64,000 nt of DNA from an uncultured Candidatus Rokubacteria bacterium (lineage in GTDB: Bacteria > Methylomirabilota > Methylomirabilia > Rokubacteriales > CSP1-6). The position numbers were made by a program, and so were the translations under genes. The number at the start of each line of letters is the position of its first letter. Positions within the stretch are counted from its first letter, which is position 1. The notes beneath the pieces were generated by a model. It was not told where the DNA came from. It saw only the letters and a program-made list of their open reading frames with translations, and searched no databases. Positions 1 through 9,247 of the stretch are shown here, in pieces. The stretch spans positions 224,001 to 288,000 of the forward strand of contig CAVWFS010000019.1 in NCBI GenBank assembly GCA_963754315.1, given 5' to 3'.

Positions 1-954
1 ATCGGGAATGGGCCATCCCTGATGGGTACGCGCGTAGTAGGGCCAGAACGACGAGTTGATGGCCCCTGTGATCCAGTAGAGCATGATGTTGGTCAGCAAC
101 GTATCCTTGGAAAATCGGCGCTCCACCTCGCCGCCGCAGTCGCTCCACGTCCGGAACTTCTCCACGATCCACGCAGCGAGCCCCACCGGGGAATCGGTCA
201 GCCCGTACGCCAACGTTTGCGGCTTCGTGCCTTGGATCCACTGGTAGCCAGTCTCCTCGCGCAGCCAGTGCTGGAGTTGTTGTGCATAGGCTTTTTCGTC
301 GGCGGTGGGCTCTGATGGCGACGCGAGGTCACGGCGGACCGCCAGAAGATTCACGTGGATGCCGGCCAACCTGTCGGGATAGATGGCCCCCAGCCGCGAG
401 GTGATGAAAGCACCCCAGTCGCCGCCCTGGGCGGCAAATCGCCGATAGCCGAGCGCATCGGTCATCAAGGTCGCGAAGACATCGGCAATCTCGACCACCC
501 CGAAGCGGGGCTGGTCGGGCCGAAACGAGAAGGCGTAACCGGGCAGCGACGGCGCCACCACGGTAAAGGCGTCGGCGGGATCGCCGCCGAAGCGCCCGGG
601 ATCCGTCAGGCGCGGGATCAAGGCCTCGAACTCGACGATCGACCCCGGCCATCCGTGCGAGAGCAGGAGAGGAAGCGGTGCTGGCCCCACCCCGGGCTCG
701 TGAATGAAGTGCAGATCGATGCCGTTGATCGGTATCGTGAACTGTCGCAGTCGGTTGAGCCGCGCCTCGTGCGTCCTCCAGTCGTAGCGCTCGCGCCAGT
801 AGGCAACCAGACTCTTCATGTAGGAGAGGTCCGTGCCGTAGCGCCAGTCGCCGGCGGGAATCTCGTCCGGCCAGCGGACACGCTCGAGACGGGCGCGCAG
901 GTCGACCAAAACATCGTCGCCGACGCGAATGGTGAACGGACGGGGAGTGGTCAT
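1..954 (-). CDS. Epoxide hydrolase (EHN + alpha/beta hydrolase), 3'-partial, with a +1 frameshift near 289
   Basis: Manual translation from ATG 954: MTTPRPFTIRV..RWPD..HGWPGS..APSLPGYAFS..AQGGDWGA; after removing one base it continues GYQWIQGTKPQTLAYGLTDSPVGLAAWIVEKF. Absent from the ORF track because it runs off the window. Confidence 0.9.
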   Translation of the reverse strand, partial: MTTPRPFTIRVGDDVLVDLRARLERVRWPDEIPAGDWRYGTDLSYMKSLVAYWRERYDWRTHEARLNRLRQFTIPINGIDLHFIHEPGVGPAPLPLLLSHGWPGSIVEFEALIPRLTDPGRFGGDPADAFTVVAPSLPGYAFSFRPDQPRFGVVEIADVFATLMTDALGYRRFAAQGGDWGAFITSRLGAIYPDRLAGIHVNLLAVRRDLASPSEPTADEKAYAQQLQHWLREETGYQWIQGTKPQTLAYGLTDSPVGLAAWIVEKFRTWSDCGGEVERRFSKDTLLTNIMLYWITGAINSSFWPYYARTHQGWPIPD

Positions 955-1006
955 AGAACCCTCGCAAGGGCAGTCGCCCGGTCGCGCCAGTGCGCATAAC
1001 GGGACA

Positions 1007-1855
1007 TCATGAAGGTCGAGTCTCGTCGAGAAACTGCTCCAGCAGGTTTCCGGCCACCGCGCGGCGATAGCGTTCGGTAGAGCGGATGTCGTCGATGGGA
1101 GCGACCTCGGCGTCGAGCAGGGTGCGAGCCCTTCCGCGATCGATCGCGTCGTGACGTCGGCCCCGTAAATAGTCGGCCGTGCGGCGGGCCTCCAGCACCG
1201 TCGGGGCCATGCTCCCGAGGGCAATGCGCACATCGTCGAGCCGCCCGTCCTGCCAGCGGGCGAGCCCTGCCAAGCACACCTTGCTGATGGCTTGTGCGCT
1301 TCGCGTTCCGACCTTGCGGTAGAAACCACGTGCGCCTCGCTGGTTCGGCAGCCGAACTCGAGTGATCAGCTCCCCCGGCTCCCGCCGCGTGGCTTTATAC
1401 CCAACGTGAAATTCTCGATACGGTAGCCAGCGCGTGGCACGGCTGCTGGCCAGTTCGATCTGGGCGTCGTACACCAGCAGGACCGGCGGCGTGTCGGCGG
1501 CGGGGGAAGCGTTGGCGATATTGCCCCCCAGGGTGCCGCGATTCTGTACAGCCCAGGCGCCACTCACGTGCGCGGCCTGGGCCAGGAGCGGGTAACGCTC
1601 GACAACGACGGACGAGACGACCATGTCGGTGTATGTCGTCAGGGCGCCGAGGATCAGGCTGTCATCATCCTCACTGATGCCACGCAGTTCGGATAGGCCT
1701 CGGATGTCCACGAACGGCGCCGCCTCGAGGGTCCCGAAACGCATGAGCACCATCAGATCCGTCCCACCCGCAAACGGGACTGCCTGAGGCTTGTCGAAGA
1801 GAATGGCCAGCGCTTCCTCAAGGGTCCTGGGCGTGTGCCAGTTCGCCCCTGTCAT
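1007..1855 (-). CDS. Xanthine dehydrogenase family FAD-binding subunit (CoxM/PucC-like)
   Basis: AGGTDL and RGTLGGNIANASPAAD motifs; ATG at 1855 overlaps the stop of the 2Fe-2S gene (ATGA). Confidence 0.92.
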   Translation of the reverse strand: MTGANWHTPRTLEEALAILFDKPQAVPFAGGTDLMVLMRFGTLEAAPFVDIRGLSELRGISEDDDSLILGALTTYTDMVVSSVVVERYPLLAQAAHVSGAWAVQNRGTLGGNIANASPAADTPPVLLVYDAQIELASSRATRWLPYREFHVGYKATRREPGELITRVRLPNQRGARGFYRKVGTRSAQAISKVCLAGLARWQDGRLDDVRIALGSMAPTVLEARRTADYLRGRRHDAIDRGRARTLLDAEVAPIDDIRSTERYRRAVAGNLLEQFLDETRPS

Positions 1856-2331
1856 GCGTGGCTCTCCTGACCCCCCCGGGCCGCCTGCAGCACCGCACGC
1901 TGAATGGCGGTGTAGCCGGTGCAGCGGCACAGGTTTCCGGCCAGGGCTTCCCGGACCTCGGCGGCCGTGGGCTGCGGGCAGGCCAGGAGAAGCGCATGGG
2001 CGGCCAACACGATTCCCGGCGTGCAGATGCCACACTGGATACCGCCGGCGGCGACCATCGCCTCCTGGATAGAAGAGAGGCCCTCGGCCTGCTCGGCGGT
2101 CAGCCCCTCGATGGTCAACACAGTGGCGCCGCCCATCTGTCCCATGGGGATGAGGCAGCTGAGCGCGAGCAGGCCGTCGATGAGGACGGAGCATGAGCCG
2201 CACTCGCCCTCGCCACACCCCTCCTTGACGCCCGTGAGGCTCCGGTCCTCGCGCAGGAAATCGAGCAAGCGCCTGAGCGGATCGACGTCGGCGCCGATGG
2301 GCGCGCCGTTGATGGTCAGGTCGATGTGCAT
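1852..2331 (-). CDS. Xanthine dehydrogenase family [2Fe-2S] subunit (CoxS/PucE-like)
   Basis: GCGEGECGSC, QCGICTPG and GNLCRCTGY motifs. Confidence 0.95.
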   Translation of the reverse strand: MHIDLTINGAPIGADVDPLRRLLDFLREDRSLTGVKEGCGEGECGSCSVLIDGLLALSCLIPMGQMGGATVLTIEGLTAEQAEGLSSIQEAMVAAGGIQCGICTPGIVLAAHALLLACPQPTAAEVREALAGNLCRCTGYTAIQRAVLQAARGGQESHA

Positions 2332-2338
2332 CTGCGGC

Positions 2339-4534
2339 TCAGGCGGACGGCGCCCTTCCGAGCGCGTTCAGCACGACTTCTGGTAAGGCTGGAATCGAGG
2401 CGATCTTCGTCCCCAACGCCATGTTGACCGCGTTGACGACGGCGGGCGCTGTCCCATCGAGGGGCAGTTCGCCGAGCCCTTTGGCGCCGAACGGTCCGCT
2501 TGCCAGCGGGACCTCCAGGAAGCGCACATAGACCTCGGGCATGTCGGCGCTGGTCGGAATGATGTAGTTGGTGAGCCGGGGATTAGCCATGACCCCGTTC
2601 TCCCACACCACGTGCTCGTAGAGAGCGAAGCCGATCCCCTGGGCCACACCTCCCTCGATCTGTCCGCGCGCGATGACGGGATGGATGACGCGCCCCACCT
2701 CCTGTATGGCATGGAAGTCAGTGACCGTGACCTCGCCGGTTCGCGTGTCCACCACCACCTCGGCCACGTAGCAGGCCCAACCGTAGCCTGCGTAGGCATC
2801 GCCCGTAAACTTCTTCTCGTCCCACCCCCGGCCCTGGGGCGGGTGGTACCGCATCATCACCGTCAGCGGTCCATGCTCGACCGCGTACCGGCGCGCGGCA
2901 GCCCGAAAGTCCGCGACCGAGTGCTGCTGGGGTAACCCGGCCTGCTCACGGAGGGCTTCCAGCAGGTCTCTGCCTGCCCGCACCAAGAGGCTGCCCACGA
3001 CCATGGCCGTCCGTGAGGCCACGGTGGGCCCACTGTCCGGCACGACCGCGGTGTCGGGTGCGGCCGCCGCGATCATGGTCAACGGGAGGCCGAGCGTCTC
3101 GCTCACGATTTGCGAATGCGTGGTGGTCGAGCCTTGTCCGATCTCCGCGCTCGAGGCGAGGATGGTCACCGTTCCATCCGGGGATAGCTGCAGCCCTGCC
3201 TGCGAGGCCAGGGTGATCTCGCCATTGCCGGTAAACCCGGCACCGTGCATGAATGCCGCCACGCCGATTCCACGCTTGACGTGAGACGAGCCACGGTTGG
3301 CGGTGACACAGGCTATGCGCTTCTCCGCGTAGCGGCTCTCGGCCAGCGCAGTGTCGACCACGTGACCCACGTCCACCCCAGCATCCACGGCCTGGCCGGT
3401 CGCAGTGAGGTCGCCGGGGCGCAGCAGGTTACGCTGCCTGAACTCGACCGCATCGAGACCGAGGGCACGCGCGACCCGATCGAGATGCACCTCCAGCGCG
3501 AAAATACTCTGCGGGGCCCCGAAGCCCCTGAAGGCCCCATGGGGAGGATAGCTCGTGGCCATGACCCGGCCCTTCACCCGAACGTTCGGCCACCGATAGG
3601 GGCCGGGTGCATGGATCAGGGCGCGCGACAGCACCACGGGGCTCAGGGTGAGGTAGGCCCCGCCGTCGAGGACGATCTCTGTCTCGAGCGCGGTGAGACG
3701 ACCATCCCGAGTCACGCCCGTTCGGTGCCGGATGCGCGAGGGATGGCGCTTGGTCGTCGCCGTCATATCCTCCATCCGGTCGTACACCAGCTTCACGGGC
3801 CGCCCCGACTTCACTGCCAGCAGCGCCGCGTGCCCGGCGATGATGGACGGGTACTCCTCCTTGCCGCCAAATCCGCCGCCCGTCGCGGACTGGATAACTC
3901 GCACTCGCTCGGGCGGAAGACCGAGCAGCAGCGCGACGGCCGGCTGGACGTAGTAGGGACACTGGAGCGAGCCGCGAACGGTGACGCTGCCGTCGGGATG
4001 CGGCTCCGCCAGCATGCCTTGCGGCTCGATGTACACGTGCTCCTGGGCTCCCGTCTCGTACGTGCCCTCCACGATCAGATCGGCCTCAGCAAGTCCCGCT
4101 TCCACGCTTCCCTTCTCGAGACTGCGCGAGAGGAACTCTCTGCGGGATTGATCGATCGACAGCACAGGATCCTCGGGTGTGATCACAAGGCGAACCCCGC
4201 GCACGGCCCGGGCCAGGACCTCGCGATCCTCGTGAGCGAGGAGCACCACGGGTTCCTCGCGATGGCGGATCTCGTCCTCGACCAGGAAGGGTTGCTCGAG
4301 ATCGATCAGCTTCACCCGGTTGGTCCCGGGCACGTCGGCGGCGGTGACGACAACGATCTCATCCCAGGGCAGCCCCTTCTCGAACTCGATTCGCTCCAAG
4401 CGGCCCCTGGGGACCGGCGACCGAACTGTCCGGCCATGGAGCATCCCCTCACACGCGAGGTCATCCACGTAGCGAGCACGGCCAGTGACCTTGTCAAATC
4501 CGTCCCGGCGGGGAACATTGGCACCGACACTCAT
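2339..4534 (-). CDS. Xanthine dehydrogenase family molybdopterin-binding subunit (PucD-like)
   Basis: KVTGRARY, GGGFGGKE, SRALIH, AFRGFG, TVASR and KGLGE motifs; start taken at MSVGANV (ATG 4534). Confidence 0.93.
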   Translation of the reverse strand: MSVGANVPRRDGFDKVTGRARYVDDLACEGMLHGRTVRSPVPRGRLERIEFEKGLPWDEIVVVTAADVPGTNRVKLIDLEQPFLVEDEIRHREEPVVLLAHEDREVLARAVRGVRLVITPEDPVLSIDQSRREFLSRSLEKGSVEAGLAEADLIVEGTYETGAQEHVYIEPQGMLAEPHPDGSVTVRGSLQCPYYVQPAVALLLGLPPERVRVIQSATGGGFGGKEEYPSIIAGHAALLAVKSGRPVKLVYDRMEDMTATTKRHPSRIRHRTGVTRDGRLTALETEIVLDGGAYLTLSPVVLSRALIHAPGPYRWPNVRVKGRVMATSYPPHGAFRGFGAPQSIFALEVHLDRVARALGLDAVEFRQRNLLRPGDLTATGQAVDAGVDVGHVVDTALAESRYAEKRIACVTANRGSSHVKRGIGVAAFMHGAGFTGNGEITLASQAGLQLSPDGTVTILASSAEIGQGSTTTHSQIVSETLGLPLTMIAAAAPDTAVVPDSGPTVASRTAMVVGSLLVRAGRDLLEALREQAGLPQQHSVADFRAAARRYAVEHGPLTVMMRYHPPQGRGWDEKKFTGDAYAGYGWACYVAEVVVDTRTGEVTVTDFHAIQEVGRVIHPVIARGQIEGGVAQGIGFALYEHVVWENGVMANPRLTNYIIPTSADMPEVYVRFLEVPLASGPFGAKGLGELPLDGTAPAVVNAVNMALGTKIASIPALPEVVLNALGRAPSA

Positions 4535-4621
4535 GGCGTCAACGTACAGTTCCTTGCGGCAGCGCTCAAGTTGCCTCGAGGCCGGCACGGGTAGCACCAT
4601 CAGGCGCCGCAAAGGTCACGG

Positions 4622-4650
4622 TTGACCTGCCCGTCATCTGCTCATAACGT
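4622..4650 (+). promoter_or_regulatory. Putative sigma70 promoter for the ABC transporter/puuD operon
   Basis: TTGACC-17 bp-TAACGT. Confidence 0.45.
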
Positions 4651-4761
4651 AGGCTGACCCGAAGCCCCAGCGCTCGGTGTTTGAGCACGTGAGAATGCGT
4701 AGCCGGTCAGAAATGCGCGGAACCGTTCGCTCCCACCCGGGCACGGCCCTTGCCTAGGTAC

Positions 4762-4843
4762 CCGCGTGATATCGAGGAGGGCCCCGGGTCCCCCGGGGCC
4801 CTCCGAGCGTGGGGGGTTTGGGGGGTGAAGTTGGACCCCCCAT
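4762..4843 (+). repeat. Two-hairpin G/C-rich intergenic repeat, divergent copy A
   Basis: CGCG-N6-CGA, 13-bp stem GGAGGGCCCCGGG/CCCGGGGCCCTCC, GAGCG, G6-TTT-G6, second stem TGGGGGGT/ACCCCCCA; same architecture as the copies at 24.97-25.14 kb and 45.8 kb. Confidence 0.75.
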
Positions 4844-4865
4844 CTTCAAAAGGAGGCTGGAAGAG

Positions 4866-5900
4866 ATGACTTTTCGCATCTTCTTCACCCGCGCCCTTGC
4901 CGTGACCGTCTCGGTCGGGGTCATGGTGGTGACCCTCTCACCCGCCGAAGCCCAGACCAAGGTTCGGTTTGCGCTGGACTGGCAGATCCAGGGGCCGCAA
5001 GCGCCCTTCATCTCCGCCAAGGTCCTGGGGGCGTTCAGCGGGGCCGGGCTCGACGTCACCATCGACCGCGGCACGGGCTCCCAGAAGACCATCGAACAGG
5101 TCGCCACCGGCACCTACGACATCGGCTACGGCGATATCAACTCGATGATCGAGTACAACGTCAAGAACCCCGGAAACCCGCTGGTGGCCGTCTATATGGT
5201 CCTCAACACCCCTCCCTTCTCCCTCCTCTCGTTGAAGAAGTATGGCGTCAAGGGCCCCAAGGATCTGCAGGGGTTCAGCATCGGCGCGCCGGCGGGAGAT
5301 GCCCCCCGACGGCTCTGGCCCATCTTCGCCAAGAACGTCGGGCTCCCCCCCGACAGCGTGACGTGGACGAACATGGCGCCGCCCCTCCGGGAGCCGGCCC
5401 TGGTGAAGGGAGACGTCAAGGCCATCTCTGGGTTCTATTTCACGGGCTTCCTGAATCTCACCGAGAACCTCAAGGTGCCAGAGGCTGACGTGGTCGCCTT
5501 CAAGTACAGCGATTACGGCATCGACCTCTACGGCAACGCGGTGGTCGTCCGCGTGGACTGGTTGAAGGCGAACCAAGAGACTCTCCGTAAGTTCGTGGCT
5601 GCGGTCAACACAGGCATGAAGTTCGCCCTCAAGGACCCGCAGGGGGCCATCGCTCACATCAAGTCGGCCGAGCCGCTCGTCAACGAGGCGACCGAGCTCA
5701 AGCGGCTGCAGCTGGCCATTTCGGCCAACATGGTGAATGCGGAGGTAAAGCGCGATGGCCTAGGCGGGATCGATCCCGCCCGCATGCAGCGCGCGATCGG
5801 CCAGGTCGTCCAGGCCTTCGAGCTCACGTCGACGCCGACGGTGGCCCAGGTATTCGACACATCCTACCTGCCCCCGGTGGCCGTGCGGAAACTCCAGTAG
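4866..5900 (+). CDS. ABC transporter substrate-binding protein, NMT1/THI5 (SsuA-like) family
   Basis: Signal peptide, then VRFALDW..GLDVTIDRGTGS..LYGN; AAGGAGG RBS upstream of ATG 4866. Confidence 0.9.
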   Translation: MTFRIFFTRALAVTVSVGVMVVTLSPAEAQTKVRFALDWQIQGPQAPFISAKVLGAFSGAGLDVTIDRGTGSQKTIEQVATGTYDIGYGDINSMIEYNVKNPGNPLVAVYMVLNTPPFSLLSLKKYGVKGPKDLQGFSIGAPAGDAPRRLWPIFAKNVGLPPDSVTWTNMAPPLREPALVKGDVKAISGFYFTGFLNLTENLKVPEADVVAFKYSDYGIDLYGNAVVVRVDWLKANQETLRKFVAAVNTGMKFALKDPQGAIAHIKSAEPLVNEATELKRLQLAISANMVNAEVKRDGLGGIDPARMQRAIGQVVQAFELTSTPTVAQVFDTSYLPPVAVRKLQ

Positions 5901-5958
5901 CGATTACCCAGGTCGCCCGCAGCGATATGATCGGGCTCGACGGATAGCCTCCGGCGAT

Positions 5959-6735
5959 ATGATCGAGCTCGACGGGATTACCCTCGACTATGTCGTGCAG
6001 GGCCGCACGACGCGCGCACTGGACGACGTCTCCCTCACCGTGGAGCGCGGGGCCTCCGTGGCCTTCGTGGGGCCGAGCGGTTGCGGGAAGTCCACCTTGC
6101 TCAAGCTGATCGCTGGCCTGCTCCTCGCTACCCGAGGCACCGTGCGGGTTGATGGTCTCCCGGTGACAGCCCCGCTGAAGAACGTCGGCATGGCCTTTCA
6201 GAATCCCGTCCTGCTGCCGTGGCGTCGCGTGCTCGACAACGTCCTGCTGCCCCTCGAAATCCTGAGAGAAAATCGGGAGAAGCTCGCCAGCGACCGCCCG
6301 GCCTGGGAGGCCAAGGCGCGCGATCTCCTGCGCACGGTGGGGCTGAACGACGTGGACGACAAGCAGCCGCGCGAGCTGTCGGGGGGCATGAGGCAGCGGG
6401 TGAGCCTCTGCCGATCACTCATTCACGAGCCGGCCTTTCTCCTCCTGGACGAACCGTTTGCCGCTCTCGATGCCTTCACGCGCGAGGAGATGTGGGAACT
6501 GCATCAGGCGCTCCGCCAGCACCGGCAATTCACCAGCGTGCTGGTGACCCACGACCTTCGGGAGGCCGTGTTCCTCAGCGACACCGTCTACGTCCTCTCG
6601 ACGAATCCCGGCCACATCGCCCACGTGCACACGGTCGATCTGTCCTTCCCGCGCACCCTGGCCGATTGCTATGGGCCGAAGGGCACCGACCTCATCGCCA
6701 CCATGCGCGAACAGATACGCTCCGTGCGGTCATGA
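5959..6735 (+). CDS. ABC transporter ATP-binding protein (TauB/SsuB type)
   Basis: GPSGCGKST, LSGGMRQR, LLLDEPF and VTHD motifs. Confidence 0.95.
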   Translation: MIELDGITLDYVVQGRTTRALDDVSLTVERGASVAFVGPSGCGKSTLLKLIAGLLLATRGTVRVDGLPVTAPLKNVGMAFQNPVLLPWRRVLDNVLLPLEILRENREKLASDRPAWEAKARDLLRTVGLNDVDDKQPRELSGGMRQRVSLCRSLIHEPAFLLLDEPFAALDAFTREEMWELHQALRQHRQFTSVLVTHDLREAVFLSDTVYVLSTNPGHIAHVHTVDLSFPRTLADCYGPKGTDLIATMREQIRSVRS

Positions 6736-7490
6736 CGAGGTCGACTCTCCGCCGGATCGTCCTGCCTAGCACGGCCTTCGTCCTCCTACTCGCGCTCTGG
6801 GAGGTGGTGGTTCCCCTCTTCCACATCCAGCAGATCGTCCTGCCGAGGCCCAGCGCCATCGCCCTCACCATGGTCGAGATGGCGCGGCCCATCGCCTACC
6901 ACGCCGGCCAGACGCTGTTCACCACGCTGGTCGGCTTCGTGGTGGCGGTTGTTCTGGGACTCTTCCTTGGATTCGTCATCGGTTCCTCGATGACCGTGCA
7001 CGACGCGCTCTACCCGCTCCTGGTCGGCTTCAACAGCATCCCCAAGGCCGCCGTCGTCCCCCTTCTGGTGCTGTGGTTCGGCGTGGGTACCGTCCCCGCC
7101 GTCATCACCGCCTTCCTGCTGGCCTTCTTTCCGGTGGCCGTGAACGTGGCCCTCGGCCTGGCCACTCTGGAAGTCGAATTGCGGGACGTCCTGCGCGCGC
7201 TGGGCGCCTCGTCTTGGCAAATCTTCATCAAGGTCGGCGCCCCCCGCACGATGCCGATGTTCTTCGCTTCGCTCAAGGTGGCGATCTCCTCGGCCTTCGT
7301 GGGTTCGGTCATCTCGGAGACGGTGGCCGCCAACGCCGGCATCGGCTACCTCATGGCCGTGGCCGCCTCCGACTTCAACACGCGCCTGGCCTTCTGCGGT
7401 CTCTTCGTGCTGGCCGCCATGGGGGTCCTGCTCTACGGCCTCTTCGCGGCGGTCGAGCGGCGGTTGACCGGCTGGGCTTACACTGAGTAG
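6732..7490 (+). CDS. ABC transporter permease (TauC/SsuC type)
   Basis: Hydrophobic helices and EAA-like loop (LRALGAS); ATG 6732 overlaps the upstream stop. Confidence 0.92.
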   Translation: MTRSTLRRIVLPSTAFVLLLALWEVVVPLFHIQQIVLPRPSAIALTMVEMARPIAYHAGQTLFTTLVGFVVAVVLGLFLGFVIGSSMTVHDALYPLLVGFNSIPKAAVVPLLVLWFGVGTVPAVITAFLLAFFPVAVNVALGLATLEVELRDVLRALGASSWQIFIKVGAPRTMPMFFASLKVAISSAFVGSVISETVAANAGIGYLMAVAASDFNTRLAFCGLFVLAAMGVLLYGLFAAVERRLTGWAYTE

Positions 7491-7494
7491 CGGC

Positions 7495-8684
7495 GTGGAC
7501 GCGACCTTTCTCGACTGGCTCAACCTTTCCTTCCGCTGGTTTCACCTGGTAGTCGCCATCGGGTGGATTGGCACCTCGTTCTACTTCATGTGGCTCGACA
7601 GCAACATCGTCGTCCCCGAGAAGCCGCGCGAGGGCGTGGAAGGCGAGCTGTGGATGGTGCACAGCGGGCACTTCTATCAGGTCGAGATGCGGCGGCTCAG
7701 CCCGGGTCAGCTGCCGAAGGTGTTGCACTGGTTCAAGTGGGAGGCCGCCCTCACCTGGATGAGCGGCATCGCCTTGCTCACCGTCGTCTACTACCTCACG
7801 GGCGGCGTGTACCTGATCGACCCGAACGTCTCCCGCATTACTCCTGGTGGCGCGGTGGCGCTGTGCGTGGGCCTGCTGATCGCCTCCTGGGTCGTCTACG
7901 ATTTGCTATGGGTCTCGTCGCTCGGTCGCGATCACCCCGGCGTAGCGACCGCGATCTCCTATGTGCTCCTCTTCGGTCTGGTCGTCCTGCTCTGCCGCAC
8001 CTTGAGCGGGCGGGCCGCCTTCATTCACGTGGGCGCCATGCTGGGGACGATCATGGTGGCCAATGTCTGGATGCGCATCATCCCCGCCCAGAAGGAGCTG
8101 GTGGCGGCCACCGCTGCCGGCCGTGCCGCCGACTGGACGCTCTCGAGCCGCGCCAAGCGGCGCTCCGTCCACAACAGTTACGTCACCCTGCCGGTCATCT
8201 TCATGATGATCAGCAACCACTACCCGAGCCACCTACGCCCACCGCCTCAACTGGCTGATCCTCGTGCTGTTCATGGTGAGTCGGGGTGGGCATTCGTCAT
8301 CTGCACATCACCCACGAGCAGCATCGGCCGGCGGCCTGGGTGCTGGCGCCGGTGGCGGCCTCGCTGGCCGTGCTGGTCTATCTGACGCTGCCCGCCTCGA
8401 CCGCGTCGGGTGTCGGCGCCCAGGTACCCTTCCCGGTGGCCCGCCGGATCGTCGAGACACGCTGCGTGTCGTGCCACTCCGCCACGCCCACCGACGACAT
8501 TTTCCGCGCAGCCCCCAACGGGGTCACCTTCGACACGCCAGAGAGCATCCGCCTCCGCGCGGAGGCCATCAAGCAGCGCACGATCCTGCTCAAGAACATG
8601 CCGCTCGCCAACAAGACGGGCATGACCGAGGCGGAGCGCGATCTGCTCGCCCGCTGGATCGACCAGGGAGCGCGGGCTGATTAG
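7495..8684 (+). CDS. puuD: Urate hydroxylase PuuD (DUF989 membrane domain + C-terminal cytochrome c), with two +1 frameshifts (~8230, ~8279)
   Basis: WIGTSFYFMWLD, GELWMVHSG, LHWFKWEA, RSVHNSY, MISNHYP; C-terminal CVSCH and MPLANKTGMT. The span is 1190 bp, i.e. a multiple of 3 plus 2 extra bases. Confidence 0.88.
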
Positions 8685-8726
8685 CAGATCGACGGTGGTG
8701 GCAGGTTCCGTCCGAGCCGGGCGACA

Positions 8727-8958
8727 TCAGCTCGGGGTCAGCGCCCTCCTGGCCTTCAGCGGCAGCCGGACGGGGACGAACCAGTCCCGCGGGTACAGGT
8801 AGTCCTCGCCGGACTCGTCGACGACTCGGATGTCGGACGGTTGGTCGTTGCGGGAGGGTCGCACGACGCGATAGATCTTGCCGACGACGAGATCACGTCG
8901 TCCTCGCCACGCTCGATGCACACCGCGAAGCCGCCGCCCTGCCTGCGGGGTTCATCAT
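8727..8958 (-). pseudogene. Small conserved hypothetical gene (FAVCI...GKIY...VVDESGEDYLYP family), frameshifted
   Basis: GFAVCIERGEDD and DLVVGKIYRVV..IRVVDESGEDYLYPRDWF lie in different frames. Confidence 0.6.
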
Positions 8959-9024
8959 GACGCCTCGTTCCAGGTTTCGCTTGCGCTTGAAATAGACGCG
9001 ACCAATCCCGTGGGCTTCCGTGTA

Positions 9025-9244
9025 GCTCATCTCCGTCGATCCTCAGCTCCCCCGACATCCCGGTTCCTGCTTGGCGGGGCCGTCCCTTGAACGGGAGCAC
9101 CTCGCCGCTCACGAGGTCACTAGCGTCCCATTCCAGGCCCCAGTGACGTCGGCGAGCACGAGCATACGCTCACCCAATCGCGGCGGGTACAGCCTCGTTG
9201 ACCAGCGCGAGAAGTCCGATCAGACACCATCCTGCCTGACGCAT
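9025..9244 (-). pseudogene. Decayed lipoprotein paralogue, copy 3
   Basis: Fragments GCTRRDWVS, MLVLADVTGAWNGTL and VSGEV..GELRIDGDE match copy 2 but are frameshifted, stop-interrupted and internally deleted. Confidence 0.75.
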
Positions 9245-9247
9245 CGC

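Noticed and set aside
1007..2218. ORF-track N-terminal extensions (FAD subunit, TAXI protein, pyrC, Mo-oxidoreductase, livM-like and others)
   Set aside because: The extensions overlap neighbouring genes; downstream starts with an RBS or stop-start overlap match family N-termini.
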